Positions 18,650 to 30,618 are shown, numbered from the stretch's first letter. The stretch is DNA of 64,000 nt from an uncultured Candidatus Saccharibacteria bacterium (GCA_964610055.1 CAZSUC010000001.1:287994-351993); one strand, 5' to 3'. Notes: generated from the letters alone by a model not told the origin. Made by a program: numbers and translations.

Positions 18650-19699
18650 ATGCGGAACATTGACGATCTCCTTCGCGAAGCTAAAGACGCCAACGCTTCT
18701 GATATTCACATTGCTGAAAATCGAATGCCGTTTTTTCGTATTGATGGAAAATTAAATCCAATTGGCGATACCCCAATTAGCAAAGAAGAAGCTGAGCACA
18801 TCATGAAAAGTTTATTACAGGACAATCAGCGTCTTTATGATGAGCTGGGTGAATACATGCAAACTGATTTTTCTTATGCTTTAGAAGATGGCACTCGTTT
18901 TCGTGTTAATGTTTTTCGACATCTTGGTGTTTTTTCCTCTGCTCTACGTTTGATTCCTAATGTTATTCGAACAATTGAACAGTTGCATTTGCCTCCTCAA
19001 ATTACTCAGTTTACTGATTTACGCCAAGGGTTTGTTCTCTTTTGTGGCCCCGCTGGTCACGGTAAGTCAACCGCGATGGCGGCCTTAATTGATCATATTA
19101 ACAATTTACGTCGCGAACACATCATTACGATTGAAGATCCTATTGAGTATCAGTTTAGTGATAAACAAGCGATCATTGATCAGCGTGAAATTGGTCGTGA
19201 CGCCTCATCTTTTGCGGAAGCAATCCGCTCTACTCTGCGCCAGGATCCAAACGTTATTATGGTCGGTGAATTGCGTGATCTTGAAACCATGCGCACCGCT
19301 ATTACAGTCGCAGAAACCGGACATCTTGTCTTTGCCACGTTACATACTAATGATGCAGCTCAAACCGTCGAGCGTTTAATTGACTCATTCCCACCGTCTC
19401 AGCAACATCAAGTTCGTTCTCAGTTATCATCTACTTTATCCGGGGTTATTTCTATGCGCCTTATGCCTTGGCAAACCGGCGGTCGTATCCCTGCCGTCGA
19501 AATTATGATTGCCACCACTGCTATTCGTAATGTTATTCGAGAAGGCAATATCCACCAGATCATGGGGATTATTCAAACCAGTGCTGACGTTGGTATGCAA
19601 ACTCTCGACGCTAGCCTGCAAGCTTTAGTTGATTCTGGAGCTGTATCCTTAGAAGACGCTCGTCCTTACTTCTCATCAATTAAAAGTCTCAATCGTTAA
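18650..19699 (+). CDS. pilT: Twitching motility ATPase PilT
   Basis: GPAGHGKST Walker A. PilT-type length (349 aa). AIRNVIREGN motif. Confidence 0.9.
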   Translation: MRNIDDLLREAKDANASDIHIAENRMPFFRIDGKLNPIGDTPISKEEAEHIMKSLLQDNQRLYDELGEYMQTDFSYALEDGTRFRVNVFRHLGVFSSALRLIPNVIRTIEQLHLPPQITQFTDLRQGFVLFCGPAGHGKSTAMAALIDHINNLRREHIITIEDPIEYQFSDKQAIIDQREIGRDASSFAEAIRSTLRQDPNVIMVGELRDLETMRTAITVAETGHLVFATLHTNDAAQTVERLIDSFPPSQQHQVRSQLSSTLSGVISMRLMPWQTGGRIPAVEIMIATTAIRNVIREGNIHQIMGIIQTSADVGMQTLDASLQALVDSGAVSLEDARPYFSSIKSLNR

Positions 19700-19704
19700 A
19701 AGCT

Positions 19705-20910
19705 ATGCCAACTTTTATTTATTCTGCTCGTAACGCCAAAGGTAAAATCGTTAAAGGCACGCTTGAATCGGCTACTTTAGAACGAGCCAAAAACCTTTTA
19801 CGAAACAACAAACTTACGCCAGTTAAAATATCTTCTAGTCGCTGGCGCTCTCTTCTAAACATGAATATCATGCGCCGTTCTGCCAGCGCTAAAGAACTCG
19901 TTCTTTTTAGTCGCCAATTAAGCTCTATGATTGCGGCCGGTGTTCCAATTCTAGAATCCCTGCGCGCCTTAATTACTGAAACCAGCAACGCTTCTTTTCG
20001 TACCACCTTAGAATCCGTTGCTTATGACATTGAAGGTGGTGCTTCTTTGTCTCAAGCCTTATCTAAACATCCCGAAGCCTTTAACCTCTTTTTCCAAGGT
20101 ATTGTTCGTACCGGAGAGGCTAGTGGTCGTTTAGCTGAATCACTTGGTATTATGGCCGATTATTTAGAAAGTAATTACGTTTTTAGCCGCAAAGTTAGAA
20201 GTGCCTTGGTTTATCCTATCTTTGTCATCGTTTCCGTAATCATCGTGGTAATTTTAATGTTTGTTTTTGTGGTTCCGCAGTTAATTGTGCTTTTTGAAGA
20301 GGCGAGTGTTCAATTGCCCTGGCCAACTCGATTGTTAATTTCTACTGTTGATTTTGTTCAATCCTTCTGGATCGCTATGATCGGCCTTGCTGTTGCCATC
20401 TTCTTCTTAGGTCGTTCCTATTTACGTACTCCTGACGGTCAATATGCCTTAAGTGCTTTTGCCCTTTACCTTCCCGGCCTTAAAAATATTGTCAGTAAAA
20501 TCTACCTTGCTCGCATGACATCTGTCTTGCATACTCTTTTCTCAAGTGATGTTCCTGTCATTGAGTCTTTGAGTATTGCTAAAGATTCGCTTGGTAATCG
20601 CGTCTATCAAAATGTCTTATCTAAAACCACTCAAGCTATTAAAGATGGTGCTAATATCTCTGCGGTTTGGGAGCAAGAACCTCTCATTCCCAACATGTTA
20701 ACCACCATGGTCGCAGTCGGGGAGCGTAGTGGTAATATTGATAAAACTTTTGGCGAAGCTTATCGTTTCTTCCGGCGCGATGTTGATGAAATTCTCGCAA
20801 CTCTCACTACTTTTATCGAACCGTTACTGGTTATTATTTTAGCCATTGGTGTTGCTATTATCGTTGCCGCTATTCTGCTTCCGATCTATAACCTCGTTTT
20901 AGTTTTATAG
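19705..20910 (+). CDS. pilC: Type IV pilus platform protein PilC (GspF family)
   Basis: 401 aa. Duplicated T2SSF domains with three TM segments. Confidence 0.9.
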   Translation: MPTFIYSARNAKGKIVKGTLESATLERAKNLLRNNKLTPVKISSSRWRSLLNMNIMRRSASAKELVLFSRQLSSMIAAGVPILESLRALITETSNASFRTTLESVAYDIEGGASLSQALSKHPEAFNLFFQGIVRTGEASGRLAESLGIMADYLESNYVFSRKVRSALVYPIFVIVSVIIVVILMFVFVVPQLIVLFEEASVQLPWPTRLLISTVDFVQSFWIAMIGLAVAIFFLGRSYLRTPDGQYALSAFALYLPGLKNIVSKIYLARMTSVLHTLFSSDVPVIESLSIAKDSLGNRVYQNVLSKTTQAIKDGANISAVWEQEPLIPNMLTTMVAVGERSGNIDKTFGEAYRFFRRDVDEILATLTTFIEPLLVIILAIGVAIIVAAILLPIYNLVLVL

Positions 20911-20975
20911 GGTATAATAAAAACAGGTCGTATGTGGATAACAAATAATTTATTGCCGAGAGGAGGTGAGGGGAA

Positions 20976-21440
20976 ATGAATAAAATGAAGAAAGGTTTCA
21001 CCCTCATTGAATTGCTGGTCGTGATCGCAATTATTGGTATCTTAGCTGCGTTAGTTTTAGTTGCTTTAGGAAATGCACGTACTAAAGCACAAGACGCTCG
21101 CGTCAAATCAAACTTAAGTCAGCTTCGTACTTTAGCAGAAGTTCATTATGACGATAATGGATCTAGCTATACTACATTCGATACTTGTGTCACCACGCCA
21201 AACGATACTAACTGTCAGGGTGGAATTGAAAACTCGGTGAATGCATTGATTAGTGACATGAGTAGTATTGCTAATGTTACTCTCGATGTTCAGGTTAATA
21301 GCACTGGCACCGAGGCATGTATGTCTGCTAATCACGCTAGTGACTCAGCCTCATATTTCTGCACCGACACCTCCGGAGCGTTTACAGACACTACTGACAC
21401 CTGCCAAGACACCGGTCTTTGTGGTGCTTCTGGCGGATAA
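20976..21440 (+). CDS. pilA: Type IV major pilin (PilA-like)
   Basis: Class III signal KKGFTLIELLVVIAIIGILAA with Glu+5. Strong RBS GAGAGGAGGTGAGGGG. T/D/C-rich C-terminal tail. Confidence 0.85.
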   Translation: MNKMKKGFTLIELLVVIAIIGILAALVLVALGNARTKAQDARVKSNLSQLRTLAEVHYDDNGSSYTTFDTCVTTPNDTNCQGGIENSVNALISDMSSIANVTLDVQVNSTGTEACMSANHASDSASYFCTDTSGAFTDTTDTCQDTGLCGASGG

Positions 21441-21456
21441 TTCCAACGGTTATATT

Positions 21457-21490
21457 AAAACCACTCGCTCAAAAAGCGAGTGGTTTTATA
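21457..21490 (+). terminator. Rho-independent terminator after pilA
   Basis: 12-bp stem AAACCACTCGCT/AGCGAGTGGTTT with loop CAAAAA, then TTTTATATAT. Confidence 0.7.
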
Positions 21491-21507
21491 TATGGTATAC
21501 TTAACCT

Positions 21508-21996
21508 ATGTCTCGGTTTGATCGTGCTGGGTTTACTATAATTGAATTGCTTATTGTTATTGCTATTATTGGCATTTTAACCGCCATCATTATTACAAGC
21601 GTTATGGTTAGTCGGCGTAAGGCAGTTGATAATCAAATCATGAATGACGTGCGGCAATTAAGAATCTTAGCGGAAGAAGTTTATGATAGCCAAGCCGCTT
21701 CTTATTTAAATTGGGCCGATTCCGAAGCTCAACCAAATTTAGCTAATCAGTTAGATCGATTATTAGCTGACTTAGATCAAATTCATAATTACACTCAAAC
21801 TGACGTTACGGATCCGCAACACGTTACTATTACTCGTGATTCTCAAGCCCAAGAATTTTGTATTAGCGTTCCTTTGTACACTGATCCCAGCATTATTTAC
21901 TGCGTTGATGCTACTGGTCAGTATCAAAAAACATCTTCACATTGTCCTGATTACCCTGCTACTGGCCAGCCTTTGCGTTGTCCAGTTTCAAACTAA
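21508..21996 (+). CDS. Second type IV pilin
   Basis: RAGFTIIELLIVIAIIGILTA prepilin leader and Glu+5. 162 aa. Confidence 0.8.
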   Translation: MSRFDRAGFTIIELLIVIAIIGILTAIIITSVMVSRRKAVDNQIMNDVRQLRILAEEVYDSQAASYLNWADSEAQPNLANQLDRLLADLDQIHNYTQTDVTDPQHVTITRDSQAQEFCISVPLYTDPSIIYCVDATGQYQKTSSHCPDYPATGQPLRCPVSN

Positions 21997-22790
21997 TGCT
22001 GTTATTTCTTTCTTTTCTTTACGGCTCCATTTTTGGAAGCTTTCTTAATGTTGTTTCCTTGCGTACGATTGCTCGTTTGCACGGTCATCCTGCCGGTAGT
22101 ATTTTAACAACCCGCTCCGCTTGTCCGGACTGCCATTCAACTCTCCGTTGGTGGGAACTTATTCCTATTTTTTCTTTTTTATTTTTACGTGGTCGTTGTG
22201 CGCGTTGTCACGCTCGTATCTCTTTTCAGTACCCAGTAGTTGAAATTACATTTGGAGTAATTACCGCCATGTTATGGTTGCTTGTACCTACACCGCACAC
22301 TGGAACTAGTTTGCTCATCTTTACTCTCCAGCTTATCATTGCTGGACTCTTACTGGTTCTTTTTATTATTGATCTTAAAACCATGCTTTTGCCCGATAAG
22401 TTTATTGTTATGCTCTCTTGTGCCGTTCTCACCCTCCTTGCTACGCAATATCAACTAAACTTAAATGCCGTTATCGGTCTTTTAATTGGAGCTGGTTTTC
22501 TGTTTTTACTCTGGGCTGTCACACGTGGTCGTGGTCTAGGTTTTGGTGACGTCAAGCTTATGCTTCCGCTTGGCGCTCTGTTTGGAGGATGGGGGACAGT
22601 TGTTCTGCTTTTTATTGCTTTTATTATCGGCGGCTTGATCAGTATTATTTTACTTTTACGTGGCCATGCCCACTTGAAAACCGCTATTCCATTCGGGCCT
22701 TTTTTAGTTACTGCTGCTTTACTGCTTTTATTATTTCCTGATTTACCTGCCATTTTATTACCCGTCTTTCTTCCTCTGGGTTACATGTAA
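21978..22790 (+). CDS. pilD: Prepilin peptidase PilD (A24 family)
   Basis: N-terminal zinc-binding CPDC...CARC tetracysteine. Polytopic membrane domain with conserved Asp residues. 270 aa. Confidence 0.85.
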   Translation: MSSFKLMLLFLSFLYGSIFGSFLNVVSLRTIARLHGHPAGSILTTRSACPDCHSTLRWWELIPIFSFLFLRGRCARCHARISFQYPVVEITFGVITAMLWLLVPTPHTGTSLLIFTLQLIIAGLLLVLFIIDLKTMLLPDKFIVMLSCAVLTLLATQYQLNLNAVIGLLIGAGFLFLLWAVTRGRGLGFGDVKLMLPLGALFGGWGTVVLLFIAFIIGGLISIILLLRGHAHLKTAIPFGPFLVTAALLLLLFPDLPAILLPVFLPLGYM

Positions 22791-22802
22791 TAAAATAAAG
22801 AT

Positions 22803-23384
22803 ATGGCTCATCCCCGTGGTTTCACCTTAATTGAATTGATCGTTACTGTTGTCATTATGATGTCTTTCATGGGCATTACTGCTGTTGCCTATCCTTCTAT
22901 CCGCACTTACGCTGCTGATCGCTCCACTGTCCAATTGATTCAATCCGAATTACGTTCATTACAACAGCGTGCTATCCATCGTGAACGTAGCACTGCTTGT
23001 TTAGATGACTTAGAATCAACTCGCACCCCTGATGCAGGTGATTATAATCATTGCTCTGAGCTTGGCTTGTTATTTACTCAAGACTCTAACGAAGTCGCAA
23101 TCATCGCTAATTCATATATCGAAGATGACGAAGTTAGCCATCTCAATATTAATGACATTGAACTAAGCCGATTTAATCTGCCTGATGGTGTTACCGCCGC
23201 TAATAACGCTGTCATTGCTGTTACCGCTGATCCACCTACTTTACACACCCTTTTTGCTAAAGATGACGCTGCTTTAACTGAAATCGACTCTTATGCTGCT
23301 ATAGAACTGACAGTTCACGATGAAAGTCGAACCGTTTATATCCTGCCGTACGGCCAAGTAACTTCTAGCGAACCTGCTTTATGA
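22803..23384 (+). CDS. Minor pilin / pseudopilin
   Basis: PRGFTLIELIVTVVIMMSFMG prepilin leader. Confidence 0.7.
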   Translation: MAHPRGFTLIELIVTVVIMMSFMGITAVAYPSIRTYAADRSTVQLIQSELRSLQQRAIHRERSTACLDDLESTRTPDAGDYNHCSELGLLFTQDSNEVAIIANSYIEDDEVSHLNINDIELSRFNLPDGVTAANNAVIAVTADPPTLHTLFAKDDAALTEIDSYAAIELTVHDESRTVYILPYGQVTSSEPAL

Positions 23385-23920
23385 ACACCTCATCCCAATC
23401 CGGTCTGTCATTACTTGGTGTTCTGGTTGCCCTTTTAGTTTTAATTGTTGGTATTACTTCTATTGCTCAATTAAACGCTCAAAATAAACATTATGTTAGT
23501 GTGAATCGCACGCGCCTTTTAGCCATTTCTTTAGCTAATGAAGGTTTGGAATTAACGCAAGCCTATCGTGATACTGTTTGGCTTGAAGATCCTGAAGGGG
23601 ATTGGGCGGGGGAATTATGTGATTCTGATGGATCAATCGCGATTGACGCTGATACTGATTCATCCGGGGTCATGATTTCAACCAGTGATTTTACTTTATA
23701 TCAAGATTCTGCTGGTCTCTTTAGTCATGTTCCTAGTGATAATCCTTCTCAATTTCAACGTCGTCTCACTGTCGATTGTGATTATGAAGATACTGCTTTT
23801 ACTAGCGAAGACCCTGATTCAAATCCGCATATTACAGTCACATCAACTGTCTCGTGGGGAGATGATATCGATAATCAAAACGAAGTTTCTCTTTCAACCA
23901 TTCTCTATGATTGGCACTAA
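23381..23920 (+). CDS. Minor pilin (PilV-like)
   Basis: SGLSLLGVLVALLVLIVGI degenerate prepilin N-terminus. 4-nt overlap with the upstream gene. Confidence 0.6.
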   Translation: MNTSSQSGLSLLGVLVALLVLIVGITSIAQLNAQNKHYVSVNRTRLLAISLANEGLELTQAYRDTVWLEDPEGDWAGELCDSDGSIAIDADTDSSGVMISTSDFTLYQDSAGLFSHVPSDNPSQFQRRLTVDCDYEDTAFTSEDPDSNPHITVTSTVSWGDDIDNQNEVSLSTILYDWH

Positions 23921-24485
23921 ATCACCCACTTCTTCTGGTTTTACTTTGCTGGAAACAGTTGTTGCTCTCGGTATTTTTTCTGTCTTTATTGTTGTCATCA
24001 CCAGCATCTTTTCTCATTTCTCTTATAGTCAAAAACGAGATATCGCCGAGCAAAATCTCCAAGAAGACGCACGCTTAGCTTTAGAAATTATGAACCGAGA
24101 AATCCGCACTGGTTATGGTAGCACTTATCGCAATCCTAACGACGATCGTTCCATGCTTTCCTTTGTTAATCAAACTGGACAATGTGTTTTTTACGCTTTA
24201 CTCACTACTACCGATGGACGCGGATCATTGCAACGTGCTGAATCCGGCTCGCCATCCGAAGGTTGTCCTGATCCTTCCGAGTCAGCCTATCGTTCTTTAA
24301 CCGGACCTCAAACCGATATCACGTCTTTAATTTTTATGGTCACCCCAGCTGACTTTAGTGCTGATTTGCGCCAAGGATTTGTCACCACTAATTTAGAAAT
24401 GATTTCTACTGATAAAATCGAAACACCCTTACGTTTACAAACAACAACTACTTCACGTCAAATTACCACCTATGAAGGCTTTTAA
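23907..24485 (+). CDS. Minor pilin (PilW-like)
   Basis: SSGFTLLETVVALGIFSVF prepilin leader. Start taken at ATG 23907 rather than the longer in-frame ORF from 23685, which overlaps the previous gene. Confidence 0.65.
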   Translation: MIGTKSPTSSGFTLLETVVALGIFSVFIVVITSIFSHFSYSQKRDIAEQNLQEDARLALEIMNREIRTGYGSTYRNPNDDRSMLSFVNQTGQCVFYALLTTTDGRGSLQRAESGSPSEGCPDPSESAYRSLTGPQTDITSLIFMVTPADFSADLRQGFVTTNLEMISTDKIETPLRLQTTTTSRQITTYEGF

Positions 24486-24900
24486 TTCACGCGGCGACGT
24501 TTCTATTTACATTGCCCTGCTTATGGTCACGGCCATGCTTAGCATTGCTCTGATTCTGCAGTTAATCATTTCTCGTCAATTTCGCTCGACCGTTAATGTG
24601 TTGTCATCTGAACGCGCCTTATATGCCGCTAACTCTGGTTTAGAGCGTATGTTAGCGCGTCTGCCATATGACACCTCTGCGTTTAGCGGAGAAATAATTA
24701 GTCTGACTGACGAGGTGCCATATGACGATAATTCCGCTGTTTATGACGTTTGGGGTAAGTTTATTACAGATAGTACAGAAGGGTCAGTTCAGGGAGAATA
24801 TTGTGTTTATGCAGTTGGAATTTATCAGGGCTCAACTCGTTATTTGTCTACCGGCAGCTCTGATTGCGTTGATTCTCTTATTGCCGCCTCGCACGACTAA
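24472..24900 (+). CDS. Pilus-associated protein (PilX-like)
   Basis: One N-terminal TM helix, 142 aa, last gene of the minor-pilin string. Assignment by position and architecture only. Confidence 0.45.
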   Translation: MKAFNSRGDVSIYIALLMVTAMLSIALILQLIISRQFRSTVNVLSSERALYAANSGLERMLARLPYDTSAFSGEIISLTDEVPYDDNSAVYDVWGKFITDSTEGSVQGEYCVYAVGIYQGSTRYLSTGSSDCVDSLIAASHD

Positions 24901-24913
24901 AGCTAACCTATAA

Positions 24914-26911
<1,998 letters not shown>

Positions 26912-26952
26912 CATTGCTTGCGCCTTATTCTTAGCTATTGAATACTAAACCC

Positions 26953-27252
26953 ATGCCATCTCCTATTTCTTTAGAGCAAGTTAAACAAGTTGCTCAATTA
27001 GCTCGTCTGGGACTAACTGACACAGATGCTCATCAAGCTGCTCAAGATTTAGGTAATATTTTGTCTCATTTTTCTGAAATTCAGAGCATAGACACCCAAG
27101 GCGTTCCTACCTCAGATGATGTCACCGGTCTTAAAAATATTACTCGGCCTGATGCATCTGAGCCCGAAATATTATGTTCTCATCAAGATTTATTAGATAC
27201 TGCTCCTGAAACCATGGACGCCCAAATTAAAGTTAAAGCAATTTTTGACTAA
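26953..27252 (+). CDS. gatC: Asp/Glu-tRNA amidotransferase subunit C
   Basis: About 100 aa. ISLEQVKQVAQLARLGLTDTD matches the GatC N-terminal pattern. Immediately precedes gatA. Confidence 0.8.
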   Translation: MPSPISLEQVKQVAQLARLGLTDTDAHQAAQDLGNILSHFSEIQSIDTQGVPTSDDVTGLKNITRPDASEPEILCSHQDLLDTAPETMDAQIKVKAIFD

Positions 27253-27254
27253 CA

Positions 27255-28688
27255 ATGACCCCACCTCAAACAATTGAAAGTTTATTACAAGATAAATCGC
27301 GTACCACGGATCAAAATGTTGCTGACTATTTATCTGCTATTTCGCAATGGGAACCACATCTTAATGCCTTTATTGAAGTTTTAGAAGATGAAGCTAAATC
27401 CGCCGCCCAAAAACCTCAAACTGGGCCTCTTTCTGGAATCCCTATTGCTATTAAAGATTTGATTTGCACGCTTGAAGGCCATACTCGTGCCGCCTCTCAG
27501 CTTTTAAAAGATTTTCGTTCTCCTTACGAGGCCACTGTTGTCAAACGTCTTAAACAAGCTGGAGCAATTATCATCGGCAAAACTAATCAGGATGAATTTG
27601 CTATGGGGGCCAGTAATGAATATTCCAGTTTTGGTCCTGTTAAAAACCCCTGGGATTTAACTCGAGTTCCTGGTGGAAGCAGTGGGGGATCGGTTGCTGC
27701 CGTTGCCGCCGGAGAAGTTCCCGCCGCACTTGGTACTGACACTGGCGGCTCTATTCGTCAGCCCTCTAATTTTTGCGGCACGGTTGGACTCAAGCCAACT
27801 TATGGACGCGTTAGTCGTTTTGGTGTAATTGCTTATGCCAGCAGTTTTGATCAAGTTGGTCCAATTACTCGTACTGTAGCTGATAATGCTCGCATCATGG
27901 ATGTTATTGCTGGACCGGATCAATGGGATGCAACCACTCATCCAGATTCACCTTCGTCATATCTCGCTGCGTGTGGTCGCGGAGTGCAAGGTCTAACTAT
28001 CGGTGTTCCTGTTCAATATTTTGGGGAAGAAGTTGATCCTCAAATTTCTGCTGCCGTTCGTACTGCTATCTCTGACTTAGAACAACAAGGTGCCACTATT
28101 AAAGAAGTTTCTCTGCCTCTCATGCATGCTGCTATCCCAACCTATTACTTACTTGTTAAGGCTGAAGCCTCTTCGAATCTGGCTCGTTTTGATGCGTTAC
28201 GTTACAGCAAACTTGATTTAGCCAGTTCAACACTCTTAGAACATTATCTTGAAGCTCGAGGTCAATATTTTGGTTCTGAAGTTAAAAGATCAATTCTCAT
28301 GGGTACTTACGCTTTAGCCGCTGGTTACGTTGATGCTTGGTACAAGCAAGCCAGTCGAGTTCGCACTTTAATTCGTCGTGAATTTGAAGATGCCTTCAAG
28401 CAAGTTAATGTTATTATCGGTCCTGTCAGTCCAGAAGTCGCTTTCCCCTTTGGCAGCAAATCTGACGATCCTCTCAAAATGTACTTAGCTGATTTACTTA
28501 CTGATCCAGCCAGCGTTGCCGGGTTACCAGCCATGTCAGTTCCATGTGGATTTATTGATGGCTTGCCGGTAGGCATGCAAGTTATTGCGCCTCATTTTCA
28601 CGAAGAGCTAATCTATCAAACCGCTGCTGCTTACGAATCCTTGCACGATTGGTGGCAAAAAACTCCTGTCTTACCGCAACGATCCTAA
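27255..28688 (+). CDS. gatA: Asp/Glu-tRNA amidotransferase subunit A (amidase)
   Basis: Amidase signature GGSSGGSVAAVAAG. 477 aa. Confidence 0.9.
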   Translation: MTPPQTIESLLQDKSRTTDQNVADYLSAISQWEPHLNAFIEVLEDEAKSAAQKPQTGPLSGIPIAIKDLICTLEGHTRAASQLLKDFRSPYEATVVKRLKQAGAIIIGKTNQDEFAMGASNEYSSFGPVKNPWDLTRVPGGSSGGSVAAVAAGEVPAALGTDTGGSIRQPSNFCGTVGLKPTYGRVSRFGVIAYASSFDQVGPITRTVADNARIMDVIAGPDQWDATTHPDSPSSYLAACGRGVQGLTIGVPVQYFGEEVDPQISAAVRTAISDLEQQGATIKEVSLPLMHAAIPTYYLLVKAEASSNLARFDALRYSKLDLASSTLLEHYLEARGQYFGSEVKRSILMGTYALAAGYVDAWYKQASRVRTLIRREFEDAFKQVNVIIGPVSPEVAFPFGSKSDDPLKMYLADLLTDPASVAGLPAMSVPCGFIDGLPVGMQVIAPHFHEELIYQTAAAYESLHDWWQKTPVLPQRS

Positions 28689-30290
28689 TAAAGATATTCC
28701 TGTCCAATCAGTCGGTTTTTCTAAGCCCAAAATTTCTAAGATTGTTGGAGCAATATCAGCTAACATTCCAATTGGAGCTGAATATATATCCATAATCGCT
28801 TGATCGCTGCGTGGCGATACTCGGCGTAATCTTTCATTGATATAAAACAAAGGTACCGGGTTACTAGTGTGATCAGTTTCAACCTCATTAGTTTGTGGGT
28901 TAACCATTTCTTCGGCATTGCCGTGATCGGCTGTAATTAACAAAGCTCCTCCCATTTTCCTTACTTCTTCATACAGCTGCCCTACGCACATATCAGCAAA
29001 CGTGCAGGCCTCAACCGCTGCCTCATAATTTCCAGTATGACCAACCATGTCAGCGTTGGCATAATTCACAAATACCACATCATAAATATTTTTGTGTAAT
29101 TCTTCCAATAAACGATCGGTAATTTCTTGCGCCATCATATGCGGTTCTTTCGCAAAATCTTTCACTCTTGATGACTCAATTAAGATATGTTCTTCGCCTG
29201 GAAAAGGTTGCTCGTGTCCACCATTTAAATAATACGTGACGTGAGCGTATTTCTCAGTTTCCGCTATGTGTAGTTGTCTTAATCCGGCTTGTGATATCAC
29301 GCGCGCTAACGGATTAACCTCCGGTTCGTCGATAAAAGCTGAATTGGCCGGTAAATCAGGATCGTACTGTTCCATCGTTGTAAACATCAAATCCGGCCAA
29401 TAGGGTCGTTCAAAACTATTAAAATCAGGCAAGACAAAAGCGCGCGTTAATTGACGTGCTCGATCTGGCCGGAAATTAAAAAATATCACCGAATCATTTT
29501 CTTTAATTGTTGCCACTGCTTCTCCGCCATGCGTAATCGCAGTTGGTGGAATTGATTCATCCACCAAACCTTTTCGATACGCTGATTCAATTGCTTGTTC
29601 AATACTGCTTGCTCCTTCTTTGCGTTCTCGTCCAATGAGCATATTGTAAGTTTCTTCCGTGCGTTCCCAGTTTTGATTTCGATCCATTGCCCAAAACCTT
29701 CCTGTTACGCTTGCAATTCGTCCTACGCCATATTTTCCCATCGCTTCTTCTAATTCATGCACATAAGTCATAGCGCTTTGTGGAGGAGTATCCCGTCCGT
29801 CAGTAAACACATGAATATATGTGCGATTACCTAAACCTTCTTGTTTTACTAGTTTTAATAATGCTAATAAATGATTGATATGAGAATGAATTCCACCCGA
29901 ACTAACTAAACCCATTAGATGTAAATTTGATCGATGTTGTTTAGCGTGATCGCAAGCTGTTAACAGGGCTGGATTTTGGAAAAAAGATCCATCTTGAATC
30001 GCTTGATCTATCCTTGGTAATGACTGATATTGCACCCGCCCCGCCCCAATATTACTGTGACCTGTCTCAGAATTACCTTTTTCTCCCCACGGCAAACCTA
30101 CCTCAATTCCAGCCGCTACAATTGTTGCCGCTGGATAATGTCGGGGGAACATATCCATGTATGGAGTATCTGCTGCTAAAATCGCATTCCCTTGTTCAAT
30201 AAAACTTATTCCCCAGCCATCTAAAATCACTAAAACTAATGGACGGGGAGAAGGAGAGCCTGTCATGTCATCTATTATCGCATACCTCAA
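28671..30290 (-). CDS. gpmI: 2,3-bisphosphoglycerate-independent phosphoglycerate mutase
   Basis: LVILDGWGIS N-terminal motif and about 515-aa iPGM architecture. The true start is possibly the internal ATG at 30266. Overlaps gatA convergently by 18 nt. Confidence 0.9.
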   Translation of the reverse strand: MRYAIIDDMTGSPSPRPLVLVILDGWGISFIEQGNAILAADTPYMDMFPRHYPAATIVAAGIEVGLPWGEKGNSETGHSNIGAGRVQYQSLPRIDQAIQDGSFFQNPALLTACDHAKQHRSNLHLMGLVSSGGIHSHINHLLALLKLVKQEGLGNRTYIHVFTDGRDTPPQSAMTYVHELEEAMGKYGVGRIASVTGRFWAMDRNQNWERTEETYNMLIGRERKEGASSIEQAIESAYRKGLVDESIPPTAITHGGEAVATIKENDSVIFFNFRPDRARQLTRAFVLPDFNSFERPYWPDLMFTTMEQYDPDLPANSAFIDEPEVNPLARVISQAGLRQLHIAETEKYAHVTYYLNGGHEQPFPGEEHILIESSRVKDFAKEPHMMAQEITDRLLEELHKNIYDVVFVNYANADMVGHTGNYEAAVEACTFADMCVGQLYEEVRKMGGALLITADHGNAEEMVNPQTNEVETDHTSNPVPLFYINERLRRVSPRSDQAIMDIYSAPIGMLADIAPTILEILGLEKPTDWTGISLLGSLR

Positions 30291-30458
30291 GCTGACGGGC
30301 TACAGTGTGGCGGGAGCTGGAATTGCACCAGCGATCTCCTGGTTATGAGCCAGGCGAGATAACTCCTTCTCCATCCCGCGCTAGTTCTGAAAAATCGTCT
30401 TTCAGAATCAGTTGACAGTATAGGCTTGAAACATACTTCTTGCAATAGCTAAAAAACC

Positions 30459-30487
30459 TTGTCAATCAAATTTATTCCGGAATAATC
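30459..30487 (+). promoter_or_regulatory. Sigma70-like promoter TTGTCA-17nt-ATAATC
   Basis: -35 at 30459-30464 and -10 at 30482-30487, read directly. About 120 nt upstream of an intrinsic terminator. Confidence 0.35.
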
Positions 30488-30581
30488 AAAATGTAACCGG
30501 CAAAGACCAAAGATTACATGCACACAAATCTCTCGTCTTCTGTCTCGGTTATCATTAGAGGATCAGACTTATGTCTCCTCA

Positions 30582-30618
30582 ACAACGCCCCATCAGGGGG
30601 CGTTGTCTTATTTCATTT
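30582..30618 (+). terminator. Rho-independent terminator-like hairpin
   Basis: 10-bp stem ACAACGCCCC/GGGGCGTTGT with loop ATCA, then the T-rich CTTATTTCATTT. Confidence 0.45.

Noticed and set aside
20907-20975. Promoter call upstream of pilA based on TATAAT at 20913-20918
   Set aside because: The -10 hexamer is perfect, but no acceptable -35 lies at 16-18 nt spacing. Left out of the feature list. The strong RBS alone is noted.
23685-24485. Longer 266-aa version of the PilW-like minor pilin
   Set aside because: The extension overlaps the preceding minor pilin in another frame and lacks a prepilin leader. The ATG at 23907 places the SGFTLLE leader at the proper N-terminal distance.
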